Assembly: GCF_009914755.1 (NCBI RefSeq)
Contig: NC_060931.1
DNA: 64,000 nucleotides
Reading direction: 5' to 3' (one strand)
Source: the human T2T-CHM13v2.0 reference genome, Homo sapiens
Positions 1 to 14,160 of this stretch are shown piece after piece. A program made the position numbers and the translations under genes. The notes beneath the pieces are model-generated. The model was not told where the DNA came from, did not search any database, and worked only from the letters and a program-made list of their open reading frames with translations. Every line of letters starts with the position of its first letter. Positions within the stretch are counted from its first letter, which is position 1.

Positions 1-2848
1 GTTTTAAATTGTGCAGTGGAGCATACATTAACTGAGTGGGCCTGCCTTTACATCTCCAGTCCCATCTTAGGACTGGAGATCCCTCAAGCATTCAGGAGAA
101 CTTAGCTTCTTCCTAAGACATGGGTCTGTCCAGGCCTTGCTTGCATGAAATCTTACATTGTAAGATTTAAGTGATCATGAAATGAGAAATCTAAGCATTG
201 AATTTATTCATGGACTCTGTAGTGGGAAACCTCCCCAATATACTCTTGTTTGAGTGACTTGGAAACCAGAAAGAAATAGGGCAACAACGCTGTTTATTTT
301 GAACAATATTTCATTTGCTCTGCTTTCAAATCAATTATTTGTATTTTTGTTGTGACTGAAAATTGACAAATGTCAGAGGAAATGCTGCATGACTTTTCCC
401 TGTCCTGGAAAATGAAGAAACATATTTATTGACCATGTCGGTGGTTTTATATCTAAGTATCAGCTGCTGTTCAAACCTGTTCTTTTCCTAATTTCCAACA
501 GCATGAGTTCAGGTGGCAAGGGATACTTTCTGAGCAGGTAGTGTATTTTGTTAGAGGCCAGTAGGCGGTGTGTGGTGCAAAAAGCAGCCACTGATTCTTG
601 TTTGACTTCTTAAATGTATCTATATTGTGGGAGTAAGAGGAGACTAGATGCGACCCACAGTCACTCACTGAGGAGAGAAGAGCCACCGCAGAACCAAAAC
701 CAAACCTCCCCTCTCTTGTAAGTAGCTTCCTGTAGCCAATCCATTCTGAAAATTACAAGCAAGGGTTGGAGTTGAGAGGGGATCTTCTTTCCTCTGCTCT
801 TTGTTTTGCTTGGTAGTGGTCCTGCTGAAACCCTGGCTCCTTTTATCATTCTTTCCTTTTATAGTTTCTTCAGGAAAGCCCCAGGCCTCTGAGGCTGGCT
901 TCCTCCCCCTCCAGAGATTTTAAATGTGAAGACAGGAAACGTTTGTTGGGCTTCGTCATTTTATGACACTGATGCCCACTCCCCCTCCCACACACTCTCA
1001 TTTGATGCCTCCTAAAAAGTTCTGCCAACATTAAGCAACCATCTTTTAATGTGGCTTTGGCTGAACTTGTCCTCTAGGAAGTGTGTGTGGCAGGGCACTC
1101 CTATCTCAGCCACGGCAGCCACTTCAGAGAGCTGAGCTCATCCGCCATTCCAGTGTTCAGAGGCCCTGTGGGCGTCAGCTTCGCTCCTACAGCACTGGGA
1201 GGCCTGAGGACCAAAGCTACCTCTTCAGGGCCATCTGGCTGCTTCCAGGACCAGCCCTCTCCTTTCAGAGGTAGCTGCTAGGTGTCCCAACAAACGATGA
1301 TATGCTGGGTATATGCATAGTATTTTCCAGGCGATCCCATGGGAAATGACAGAGTTTATGTGGGAACTAGAGAAATACATAGTAGTTAAAGGAATTGTTC
1401 ATCCACAGCCATTCGGGCACTGATAGAAGGTGAATTTCCAATTCTCCTTTCTACCAAATTTTGTTTAATTAGCTAGTGTATTTTCACTGTTGAATCTCTA
1501 GAGCAGTTCTAAAATTGTAACATGCTCTGCCATCCCCAATTGCTAAACTTCACTGGAAAGCTCTGTGAAGTAGGTACGTGGGGGCTTCCTCCTACTTTCA
1601 ACTAAGGAAACTGAGTTGGGGAAGAAGTTCTTATGTGGCCTAGAGCCAGACAGTGAGTGAAGGAGAGATATGCTCTAAAAACTTAGCCTCAGATTAGGAG
1701 ACCCTGGTTTGCTCCAAGGCCATGGTTCTGTCCCTTTGCTGTCACACATATGTCAAAGGAAAGCTGTAGAAATGCATAAGAAACTCACAGATTACTGCGC
1801 AATCCACCTGGGTTACATCATCACAGGATTCAACTCTCACTTTGTCATTAGCCTTTTCTGTAAGCCCCGCCAAAGATTACCTTCCTAAAATAACCCTCAA
1901 AGCCACCAAAAACCTGAACTCTGCCTGAGGCAGGGTGTTTGAAGGCAGCCAGACCTTCCTCAGATTATCTAAGTGGTGATAGAGAGATAGTTACCAATGA
2001 TCAAACTTCTTCCAAATCTCACAATTTGTACTGGATGGGCAGGCCAGCTGCTAGAACAAGTTTAAAAGAAATTTAAAATCTAGTTTCTAACCTCTCACTG
2101 TGTCAAAGGATTTCTCCTAATGTGAAAGAAACTTGGCACTGTTCCAGGTGAGGGAAATAATAGAGTGAAAAATACACATTTTCATGTGACTTTTTCTGTA
2201 AAAAATACCAAAGTCAAGAAAACCAAGTTAAATCATTATTCATTACCTCTAACAGCCACAAATTACCTTCTCTGCTTCTTGGACTATGGGCATCCATCTG
2301 CCTTTTCCTCCTTCGTGTGCTCAGCAATGATGTTTTGAGCATATGGTATTGGTATGTTAGATTTATGTGCATTTTAAAAGCATTGAGTCCACTTCACTTT
2401 AAGCTTCTCTGCTTTAGGGGTCGACCTACTGTAAAGCTACTTTCAGTTTCATAGTGATCCATCAATATGAGTCGGCTCCATGTTTTGGGGGTTGAGAGAA
2501 CTATGTAACAAGGTGTTCTTTTAATGTCCTGCAAGTGTCAGTGCAGGATTTCCAGCTCAATGAAAGATCACTGAAATGCATTTCCTGGGCTAGTTTCTCA
2601 TCCCATGGGCCCCTCACCTATAACCACAGCTAAACATGGAATTCTTTTATAGCCCAAAACTACGTAACTCTCAAATCAGCCCACAAAGCGTGCAAGAATA
2701 TTTGGGTTCTGTTTTTATATGTGACAGAACTGTTATACCAGTCCTGCCTCACCTTTGTTATTCCAAGGAAAAGCATCTAAATGCTATCTACATGGACTGT
2801 TATAACAGGAGAAATTTGCCTTCTGTGTCTGTGTGTGTTTCAGCCTAG

Positions 2849-3073
<225 letters not shown>

Positions 3074-3974
3074 CAGCCTGTCCTCTTTATAGGTGGTGGT
3101 CGGGGTCCTTGCCAGGGTCCGATTGACCATGGTTCTTTTGAACAGATTTTTCCTGGAGATCTCAGCACAGGTGAAGCTCTGAATTGACCCACAGCATCCC
3201 CACAGAATGTGATTCTTGAGTCCTTTGTGAAGGTCACCTCCTCTAACCTCTCTATATATACATACTCAAACTTCTTTGGAGACTGGAAGATTGGAGGTAC
3301 TATCTTTTAGAGTAGTTTTGCTGAAAAGTGATAAACTCCTTTCACAGTGTGGGAAAAGAGATCCAGTAAAGCTTAATCACTTGCCCACATTCACAGTGAA
3401 TAGTGATTTTTAAGAGCTAGCAATAAATCAAATACATTTCCTGATATTGATACTCAAGTTTCTATACTTATAATCCCAGATGGTCAAAGATGGGCATATA
3501 TACAAGACCTTCTCAAACAGAAACATGGGCTATCTCTGCCTTCTTCATGCAGTGCTTCAAGTTTGGGGGCCAAGGATTAGAAAGTACAGACCACTGTGTT
3601 AATTGTTGTGAGTGGATACCAAATAATAGCAACATGTGGTCCCCATGTTCTATGAGCCTCCAGTCCATTCGAAGAGAAGGAGCTCTAAAGCCACTAAAGG
3701 TCTGACAAAAGCAATGTGTGCTCATGCCTAGCGTGGTCTAACTATAGGAGCAGCTGACCTGACCGGAGGAGACTTGTACGGTGGATCCTCCTTTCTGGAA
3801 CACTGACGAGAATCAAGAAGAGAAAAGTAAAACTTGTCCTGACAACAAGGTGTCCAAAAGCTCCCTCTAGAGCCCTAGAGATTCTTATTGTGAATCTCTT
3901 AGTTTAGATGATGCCCATAATATGGGAGTTTCCCATCACTCTGGAAACTTGCAGCCTTGGCTTTTAATTCAGAA

Positions 3975-4150
3975 AAATTGGCTTTGAGAATAGGAACTAT
4001 TACTTGCTGGCTGTGTGATCTTGGGAAAGTCACTGACTTTACTGAGTTCACTTCTCTTCATCTGTAAGTGGGGATATCTACCCACAAGGATTTTGTGAGG
4101 ATTATCAGCAGTAATCTGTGGGAGTATGCAGATGACAACACCAGATGCTG
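3975..4150 (+). mobile_element. MIR
   Basis: ggctgtgtgatcttgggaaagtcact...cttcatctgtaagtgggga core. Confidence 0.7.
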
Positions 4151-4519
4151 TCACAAGGGGGCTCTTACAAGCACGCCATTACCTAACCAAGTGGACAATA
4201 AGACCCATATTAGAAGGGAGGTGGGGGTGAGTAGTCAGGGAGGTAGGGGTATTGGAAAGAGCAAGGAGTTCCAGCTAACAGGTGACCACAGGGGTAGAGG
4301 TCACATAGCATAACATGGATTATCAGCTGTCAGGGTCAATGGCCAGACCTGACCCAGCATGAGGGTATCATTATGTTACAGCTTGGCACAGGGCAATCTG
4401 TCCAAGGATGAGTTTTCCCCAGCCAGCTTCCACATACCTGAGAGCCTGATGTTAGGGAAGGTTTTGTCGTTTTTGTATTGAATTATAATAAGAATAACAA
4501 CGATGACAACAACTAACCC

Positions 4520-4740
4520 AACTAACACTGTGTTCCAGATACTCTTCTAAGGGCTTTACGTTACATCATATTAACTTATTTACCCACAGAACAATTCATT
4601 GAAGAAGGTACTGCTATCCTCGTTTCACAGACGGTAAAGCTGAAACTCAGTGAGGAAACTTTCTCAAAGCCGTGTAGCTATGAAGTAGTGGAGTCATGGT
4701 TTTTGGCCAAGCTGTCTGTTCACACTTTCAACCACTATGT
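4520..4740 (-). mobile_element. MIR
   Basis: atcctcgtttcacagacggtaaagctgaaactcag core. Confidence 0.65.
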
Positions 4741-4939
4741 AAATGACATATTAAGACTTCTGACTCCTCATTTGTCAGATATGCTGAAAAATCTTAATAT
4801 TTGCCTTTTAATTTTATATTTTTGTACATTCAGAAATTTTCAATTTTTATAGTCGTTTATCAGTTCTTTTTTAAAAAAGGATTCTTCCTTGCCCACACCA
4901 AGTTCAGCTGTTTTTTACTTCATTCTATTTCTTTTATGC

Positions 4940-5190
4940 TTTTATTTAAAATTTATTTTGAGTTTTTATTTTTGAGATAATTATAGGTTTGCAGGAAGTT
5001 GCAAAAATCATGTGGAGAAGTCCTGTGTACCCAATGGTAATGTCTTACATAATTATAGTGCAATATCAAAACCAGAAATTGACATTGGTATAATGTATAT
5101 GTATTATGTCATGCCATTTCATCCCAGGTAGATTTAGATAATGAACACCACAATCAAGAGGTAAAACTGTTCCATTACCACAAAGATCTT
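4940..5190 (-). mobile_element. L1M (L1MC/MD-type) 3' end fragment
   Basis: ttttgagataattataggtttgcaggaagttgcaaaaa...caatatcaaaaccagaaattgacattgg. Confidence 0.7.
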
Positions 5191-6012
5191 TATGCTTTGA
5201 TTTTTATTCACAATTTTTTGGTTCATCTGGAATTTATTTTGGTGTTATTGAGAAGCAGTGATTCTATTTTCTAATTTCCAATTTTCTCAGCACCATTTGT
5301 TTTACAAATCCCATTTTTGACACTGACTAGAAATTTCACCCTTTTATCCCAGCATAACACTATTACAAATCCTATATCTTTCAGACCCCAGAGCCATTGC
5401 TCCTTCTGATCCACTACATTTCATCCTAAAATTTGGGTCATGCCAGAAGTAATATTTAATTTTTATGCCATCAGAAGCTATAGAGCTTGAAGCAAGGTCT
5501 CGGACCACTTAACTGTGCTGCTGGTGCCAAATTATTGCCTTTTTCCTTGACATTTATCCCTGGATTTTACTGGGACAACAGGGAAAACAGCACCATCTTC
5601 TGCACCCTGGCGGCTCCTTTCCATGGTGGCATATCTCAGAAACTCAGAGGGGACTGGTGTGGTACAAAGGGCATGAGTTCAGAGCCATAAAACCGGGTTC
5701 CCTCACTTTTCTTAATTTCCTTAATTTTTCTTTGGCCTTAGTGTCCATCATCTATAAAATGAGAAAAACTCTATCTGCTTCAGAGGCATGTGATTTTTAT
5801 GAAGACTACATGAGATCATACCTTTAAATATATGGCCTAGGAAGGGCTCAGCATTGTCTAGTATTTATATGATCATTAATATTTCTAATAATACAGCATT
5901 TCCTTTATTCTATGGTACATATATTTTAATTTATATTTAAAGACATTTATATCAGTATGTGTCTTCAATCATGATAGTGATTCTTATCCTTCTGGAAAAG
6001 TCATTATGGAGT

Positions 6013-6303
6013 GGCTGGGCGCAGTGGCTCATGCCTGTAATCCCAATACTTTGGGAGGCCGAGGCAGGTGGATCACTTGAGGCCAGGAGTTCGAGACCAG
6101 CCTGGCCAACATGGCAAAACCCTGTCTCTACTAAAAATACAAAAATTAGCCGGGAGTGGTGGTGCACACCTGTAGTCCCATCTACTCGGGTGGCTAGGCA
6201 GGAGAATCGTTTGAACCCAGGAGGCAGAGGTTGCAGTGAGCCAAGATTGTGGCACTGCACTCCAACCTGAGCGACAGAGCGAGACTCTGTCTCAAAAAAA
6301 AGA
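6013..6303 (+). mobile_element. Alu (AluS)
   Basis: ggctgggcgcagtggctc head, dimer linker, A tail, and aaaagtca on both flanks. Confidence 0.95.
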
Positions 6304-8289
6304 AGAGAAAAGTCAGCATGATAAGAGTCTTCGAATTTGGGAAATGTGGTCATTGTGAGGTTAGAGCATGGACTTGATTATAATAAGTGGAAACATCTTC
6401 CTCTCTGGGTGATGTTTCTCATGGCAGTGGCTTCTTTGGTGGGCAGTAACATCCATTCAGCAACTTTCTAGAGGCTGCTCTGGTGTGGGGACAGCCAGCC
6501 TTGTTCCCAGCACCACTTCCAGCGAGCAGCTATCTCTAGAGACCTTGCTGAGTCTGGATCTAGAAGAAACCATAGCATTGACAAAAAATTTTGAGATAGC
6601 TTTGTGTGCTGGCTTTGCATTTAGAAGGCTAGGTTATATAATCTGGCTGCCTCCTTTTTTCTTTTCTTCTGAGCATAGTTCCCAGACTCTCACTTTGCTC
6701 AGGATGAGCAGTCCTGCTCCTTAAAAGAGTCTTCACAAAGATTGTGGTCATGACACAGTTCGGCTAAGTAGAGAACTACCCACCCTCATTGTCCACCCTC
6801 ACTCTTGGAACAAGAGCATCTCTGTGTTAGCATGTCCTAGCAGCTTCCTCGGATACCTGGATATCCTATAATTGCCCAAGGTAGAACTGTTTGGACTGAA
6901 CTCGAATAGTGACTCAGATTACATGAATTTACACCTAACACTAAAAGAAGAACCTGCCTTTAAATGAGGGGTATAGATTTGAATTTTCAGTGTAAGCTAA
7001 GAAAATGCTGCAAAATCTACTTTTTTTTTTTTTTTTTAAAAAGGCAGAACTGTTTGGGCAAAGAGAACGTTTTCTTCGTCTCCTTTCTTTGCTTCATCCT
7101 CATTTGTTTCGGAAGGTGTTTTGAATGAATGTATATGCGTGTTTTTCTTCTAAGTTGTCATCATATAACACAAGAATGATGCTGTGATTATCATTTCCTA
7201 AAGAGGCACTCCTACAGGAAATTGGGCTGCAAGAGAGGAAAAGTGTGTGTTTCCCTGAAGGAAGTGCTTGTAGAAAGCTAAATCTGGGAAACAAATCATG
7301 GAGAATGTATAAATAGACTTCTGGCTCTTTGCATTTTAGTGGTGAGATAGTACCTTTGGTCCTATGGAACACAAATGTTTTTTGGATATGATCCTTAAGG
7401 CATGTGAAAGATTCAGGTTTAATTTTAAAACCAGCACCTACAATCTTCCAATAACCCACTTTCCCTAAACCACTTGACCACAGGCACATATACCACAACC
7501 ATCAACATCAGGAAACTTACAAATGGGAAAATTGAATTTCATTTAAAAAAGGAATCTCCATGGATGTAAGCCTTAAATATTGTTTCTAAGTAGATCTGGT
7601 GGATTTTTGTTTCTTACCAAAGAATTGACTTCTTTTGTTAAAACTTGGTTGTAATATAAATCATAATGGAAATATCTTTTTCTGTGCATTTAGAAAATAC
7701 AATAAAATTTTAGCAATGAATAGGAGCTTTGGGAGAAGAAATGAATTACAGATTTTTAGCTGTTAGCAGAAATGATATACAATCTTTCTTTGTGGTATTA
7801 TTTAATAATATTTATATACTTTGAATAAAATGAAATAGAGATAAGTCATTCCTCACCTTTCAGCTTCAGGAATAGAATGTGGTCTCAAGGATACTTGCCA
7901 TGTCTCCACAGCACCATTTAAAGTGACAGGAAGCAGAGAGATATATTAGTACTATTGAAGTATTTCAGTACTAACGTCAACATTGGGTACCAGGACTGAA
8001 ACACTTCCTGGGTACTCTGTGCTTTAATGGTGTCCTATACTTACCTCAGTCTGGATGTCTGAGACTTGATGCCCTTCATTCCAGGTTGTGATAAAGCAAA
8101 AAGGAAAGGAGAATTGCATTGAGTATGTAGAGTGTGTACATCCTGCAGGGCCTGTCAGAGCTCTTAGTGGATGAAGGAAGTAAAGGAATAGGTCAATAAA
8201 CTTTTCTGGAAGCCGTTAGTGTTTGTTTCATTCTCACCTAGCCTACTGCTCTCTCCTTTTATCTGTGGTCCCTGCTTCTCTTGCCCTAT

Positions 8290-8793
8290 CTACATTAGCT
8301 CAATCATGCCACCACCTGCTCAGAGCCCTTGGAGGCCTTCCGATCACATCATGTTCTTCTTGTGAATATGGGACCTGCAAGCACCTATGTGATCAGGGGC
8401 CTGGCTACATCCTGAACTCATCTCCTGCCACTGACTCCCTTGCTGAGCAAACCCCTGCCTCAGGTCTTTATACTTGCTGTTGCTTCCGCCTGAGCACTCT
8501 AGATATCCTCATAGCTTTCCTTACTGCAGTCACTGCTTGCTCAAATATCACCTCTTCAATGCACTCCCCAACCCCCACCCCCAGTTATCATGCTCTATTC
8601 CCTTCCGCTTCTTTCTTCTGGTCCATAGTATTTCTCACCTCTCTATATCAGATTACATGTATTCATCTGTTTATTGCCAGTCTCTGTCATCAAGATGGAA
8701 GTTCCTTGAGGGTAGAGGCTTTGCCTGTAGAGTTTACCATAGAGGTCCCAGTGCCTAGAACATAGAGGAGCAGTAAACATTTGTTCAATGAAT
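8290..8793 (+). mobile_element. L2 3' fragment
   Basis: ctcaaatatcacctcttc, gttccttgagggtagagg, gtgcctagaacatag...tgttcaatgaat 3' end. Confidence 0.75.
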
Positions 8794-9107
8794 TATTTTG
8801 TTAGTAAACATGAGTACTTGCCTCTCTTGGAACTTCCTATCACAAAATTGTACAATAAGTATCTCTTATTCACTGTCAGGAATTATGATGACATAAATTT
8901 TAGAAGAGTCACTAGGGATCATGTGATCCACCAGTTTTCAACCTTTATTTTAGCAGTGCAAGAGCACACAATGTTGTTTGATGCCCTTTTGATAAGACTC
9001 CTATGGGTATTCCCACATGTGTTAACTCTTCCCCACCAAACAATAACTAGCCCCATCCATTATCACGCTAAGAAAAGTTTCGTAAGTAATTACACAACAA
9101 TTAGTCA

Positions 9108-9516
9108 TGTCTTAGCCTATTTCCCTAGAAAGTGGATTCATGTGCACAGGATTTAATGAGGGAGCAGTCTTTAGGAAAATCCTGTAAGAGAGTGAGGAGA
9201 GCAAGATAGAAAAGGAGGAGGATCTACAAGGATATGGTCTTAGGCAAAGTCTAGCCTTGGTCTGGTCCCCAGGCTCACAGGGCTGTATTGCCCTGCAAGG
9301 AGTTCAGGCTTAAGAACCTTATGTCATTGCCAACCCAGGGTTGTGGGTAGGTGGCTTCCCAGGCATCTCTCCTTGTTCTGCCTAGCATGGAGAAGTAACT
9401 GGAGAAGGACACAGGTGTAAACGTTTCCTCAGCTGTATTCCTCCAAGCAGCCAGAGTACAAGTGCATTGGCTGGTCAGGAAGATCTGAATGGGTGGCACC
9501 AACAGCCTCTACTACA
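9108..9516. mobile_element. Old MaLR (MLT1-type) LTR
   Basis: TG start and ...gcaccaacagcctctactaca end, typical of old MLT1 LTRs. Confidence 0.55.
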
Positions 9517-9556
9517 GATGGTTTCTCCGTAGTGGTTACTCACTATAGGTGATAAC

Positions 9557-9738
9557 CGCAGTTCTCAAACTTCAGTTTCAGAATCACTTGGAGGGTGACT
9601 TAAACTACATACATATTGTGGGGCTTCACTGCCGGAATTTCTGACAGATCTGGGGTGAAGCTCAAAGATTAATTTCAATAAATTCCCAGGTGCTGCTGCT
9701 GCTAGTCAGGGGTTAGGAACCAACTTCAAGAACCACTG
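9557..9738. mobile_element. MER5A (hAT-Charlie MITE)
   Basis: gttctcaaactt...agaatcacttggaggg...aagaaccactg terminal motifs. Confidence 0.75.
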
Positions 9739-10844
9739 GTTATAGCATACTGAAGATTGCCTTGAAGACATTCTCAGACAAAAGAAACACAAATTTTACC
9801 CTAAACAGCATTGGAAGCAACATAGATCTTTACTGAAATTTTCTTGAGGAAAGGACAGGGCTGTACATAAACTAGGGACAGCACCCAGCTAACTTCCTAA
9901 AAAAGAATTCCTAGATATTGCTCCTCTTTTCAAAATTCCCAGTCTTCACTGTACTGACTGCATCTATCTCTGGGTTATGAAACATTCTCTGCATGTTAAC
10001 TATACGGCGGACCACCTCTTTCTCTCTCATTCTAGAAAATGCTGTAGAACGCAACACAGAGGAGATACATTTCTACAGACACAACCTTGAAGTTGCTTTT
10101 ACTTACTGAGAAGCCATTTGTAAATTTTTATTCTACAAGTATTAGGAACAAATTATTTGTGATCCATCTCAGTTTGTGGAAATAATATAGATACAACCCC
10201 AGCCTCTGTTTTATAGATGGTGAGTAAGGGGCACTGAGGGTGGTAAGGCTGTTAATGTTTTACCCCAGAGAACTTATCTTTGGAGTTTTTCATCCACTTC
10301 CTCCTCCTTCATTCTCACTCCTCTAGATCTTCATAAAAAGGGTAGTTTTAAAGATGTGTGTGTCTGTGTGTGTGCAAGCAGGAGAGAGAGAGATTTCTAA
10401 AATCATACCTAAAGAAAAACAAATGAGAAAAACTTTATAATCACATTAATAACTAGTCTAGGAAAAAAAGAGATGCTACAACTAGATAATTTTATTTGAG
10501 TGGAGAGCCCAGCAAATAATTATCCACTTACTGAAAGATCAACCCCAGGGCTCATCAGAGGTTTTATTATTGGTTAATTTATTTTTTCCCATGGGATCTT
10601 AATTTAAGAAAATTACCTTGAGGAGTTTTTATTTGAAAAGATGCCATCTAAAATAAACTCAAGGTTTGCCTGTATGTTCTCTGTGTTTAGAGTGTGAAAT
10701 GCAGCCGTTAAGGTGTTACAGGATAAGCTGCTGCCAGTGGACTGGGGTAAAGGAAGGAATTGGGAGTACAGTGTCGTTGCCTGAGTTGGTTGATATACAC
10801 TTAGGTCTGGAGCACTGTTTAACAAGGTTAATGAAACTTCTAAA

Positions 10845-11017
10845 TCAGAGATGAGCAATCTCAAATGCCTACCAGGGCTGGGCAGGGAACAGCAGTAAGT
10901 GAAGGCCAACGGGTGTGAGAAACTCAGGAGAAGTGACCACTGCGCTGCCCAAGAGAGGACAACTTTTCTTCAGAGAGCAACTCCGACCCAGCCCCTGGTG
11001 TTAAAAGAAAAGCTGGA
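10845..11017. mobile_element. MER103C-like hAT fragment (continues after the Alu to about 11390)
   Basis: ctcaaatgcctaccagggctgggcagg...; after the Alu, gaaatcaggattttgttgtgaaat. Confidence 0.45.
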
Positions 11018-11303
11018 GGCTGGGCGCGGTGGCCCATGCCTGTAATCCCAGCACTTTGGGACGCTGAGGTGGGTGGATCACAAGGTCAGGAATTCGAGAC
11101 CTGCCTGGCCAATATGGTGAAACCCTGTCTGTACTAAAAATACAAAAATTAGGTGGGCATGGTGGCGCACACCTGTAGTCCCAGCTGCTTGGGAGGCTGA
11201 AGCAGGAGAATCACTTGAGGCAGAGGTTGCAGTGAGCCGAGATCCCACCACTGTACTCCAGCCTGTGTGACAGAGCAAGACTCTATCTAAAAAAAAAGAA
11301 AGA
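11018..11303 (+). mobile_element. Alu (AluSg-like), small right-arm deletion
   Basis: Full Alu with 15-bp TSD AAAAGAAAAGCTGGA (11003-11017 and 11304-11318). Confidence 0.95.
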
Positions 11304-13807
11304 AAAAGAAAAGCTGGAAATCAGGATTTTGTTGTGAAATTTGATAATGGAGACGTTAGTTTGCAACTTCTGTATTAAAAACTGCCATACCCATTTCTCT
11401 TTCCTATCCAGTCCTCCCCATAGACCTCCATTCCTCCATCTTTTGAAACTTCAGCGCTGCTGCCCGCAGAGTTCGCTGCTCCCTATGGAACCTTATCACT
11501 AACTGTTGGAGTCACTCATTGAATTTATACTGTTTTGTGAATTCTGTTTATATTTGAAGTCATTGATAAAATGTTTCTGTGTATCTTCAACTAGATTTTA
11601 GGTTTGTAAACTCTGAGCACAGTATCCAGTCTCATGGGTCTTTGAGTTCCCTGGAGTGGCTCATGCCTTGACATGTACAGAACAGGATGACTGGATGACT
11701 GGCCTGCGCTTAGGTAGCACTTAACAGCGTGGCAGAGGTGTTCACATCCTCACTCTCATTCAGTTCTTCCCATGGCTCTGGAAGTGAGGTCCGCATCAAA
11801 GATGAGGAAACTGCGGCTCCGCAAGCCTAGCTGACTTAGAAGGCGGCCCAGCCATAACAGCTGGCACTTGAAACTGACTTTGACTTTGTTGCCTTCTATA
11901 GTATGTAGACTGCAGCTTCTTTGCTTGGTAAATAGGGGTTATGAATGATAGATCCATGTCTGAATATTCAAATTATTTGTATGGATTACTAAACATTCAT
12001 CTTGTAACTTTTAGGAATGGTGTTTGTTAAAGGAGCAACGCTAACAGAGAAGTTGATAGGTGAGATCTGATAGAAAAATATAACCTACCTCCTCTTAACC
12101 ACAAGTAATTCTATAAGAACAGATTCAGCTGTATTTTCTAGCCAAATAAAGCATATTGTGTTGTTGCATCAGGCAGAACTGGAAAGCAGCATATATCTCA
12201 CATTATATGTTTCACATGAAAGTTGATTTTTCACCATAATTTGTTATGGGATGTTGTGCAAACCTCCTGGAACATAATGCAGTATGGAAGGAAAACTACT
12301 GATTGCCTCTGTAGAGAAAAAGAGTTTAGGATTATATAAAATTTGTCTTGAGTATGCAGCTTTTACTTGAAATGCTGGCCAAATAAAATGGAAATATATT
12401 TGTTTCTTTTAAAGTATTTCTTAGAACTACCAGTTAATTGCTATCTTTCCAGAAAGGGATGTCGAATCCAACATTTCAACATTCAGCCTCTGAATATACC
12501 TCAGAAGAGGATGGAGTCTCTTACCTGAGGCCACAGGGGGCCCTTTGGCACATGCAGGCCTCACATCTCCATAGAGTTAAACTTAGGGAGCAGACTTCAG
12601 AGTGCGCTGCCATTATTTTATTCTTTTGAAACCTTTAGATTTTACTGCCTCTGGACCTTGGGCCCATCCCAGAACTTTTTCAGTGACTTGATAGTAAAAC
12701 GTCTTCCACATCCCTTTCAGTCACAAGACTTGTCTAAAATGTATTTCTTACATTCACATGGTGGAATAGCAAAATCTCTGAACTACTTTAGAATGAAAGC
12801 CTCTATTTTTTTCCATCAATGGCCCACTTCAATTCAGAGGTCTTTAATGAAGGGAGGAGGAGGGGGTGCGGTTGGCTTCTGTTCCGTTTCCTCACTTGTC
12901 CTGCACCCCTGGCCCCAGTTACCTGTCAGGAAAGGGACACAGCAGAGTAGATGCAAGGACAGGAGAAGCCTCCCCTGACTGGCACTGTGTAGTCTGGTGT
13001 AGACCTTCTCTGGGGTGGAGACTGCTGCAGGCTGACCCTCTCCCAGAAAGGGCAGTTTTGTTCTTCTTCCACTCAGAAAGTCCTCCTGCAGGGCTCTGGG
13101 CTCAGACAGTGCCTCTCCTGTGCCTGGCCTCCGAGCATTTCCTTAGCCCCTTCTAAGTCCTGTAGGTATGATAACCCTCCCATCTTTTCTTGGTTATCTT
13201 CTGCAGGCCTCTTTGATTAAGCTTGAGGGCAGGAAGAAGCAGTTCCTTTGTACATCCATGGTCAGGGTGTTATCACAAGAAATGCCACTGTATTCCAATA
13301 ATTTTATACCTATTAGGTAGATGTTGAATTAAGGGTTAAAAACCAGTTTTCACCACTGCCTTGCAAGTCCTACCAAGGCATTCTAGAATCACAGCCACCT
13401 GTAAATTTGTGTTTAACCTTTGGGCCTTAACCACAACAGAGGTGGATGTAATTCCATCTTCATATTCTGTAGCATGTGCAAATCCTTCTCTGCACTTACA
13501 CATCTAGCTGTGGTCAATTTGAGTGTTTGTCTGGGAATTATCAGTTGTGTAGAAAATTGTTTGGATTATTCCTTCTGTTTCTCTCCAGTCCCTACCCTCT
13601 CCTGTCCCTCTCCCAATGCTCCCCATCACATCATGCATAAACTTTTCTCCATATTCTCTTAACCCTTTTGGAAAAGAGGCATTTTAACCACATTAGGGGA
13701 CATCATTTGGTATCTAACTTCCATTTCCCATGTAGAAAACCATCTGAAGTTATTAAATTAAGAAACATTTTAAACTTTATGTCAGTTTCCATGAGAACAT
13801 TAATTAG

Positions 13808-14160
<353 letters not shown>

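Noticed and set aside
555-575. CTCF-like ccagtaggcggtgtg, and ccacagggggccc near 12531
   Set aside because: Mismatches or a gap at key core positions. Too weak without data.
1105-1125. REST/RE1-like tcagccacggcagc
   Set aside because: Needs several deletions relative to TTCAGCACCACGGACAG.
4216-4250. Possible G-quadruplex
   Set aside because: One loop is about 10 nt long. Weak and common pattern.
5952-6353. 133-aa and 103-aa ORFs, and similar ORFs at 19551-19979 and 28006-28272
   Set aside because: Alu translations.
8223-8765. 180-aa ORF
   Set aside because: Lies over a pyrimidine-rich L2 fragment, has a non-ATG start and shows no domain similarity.
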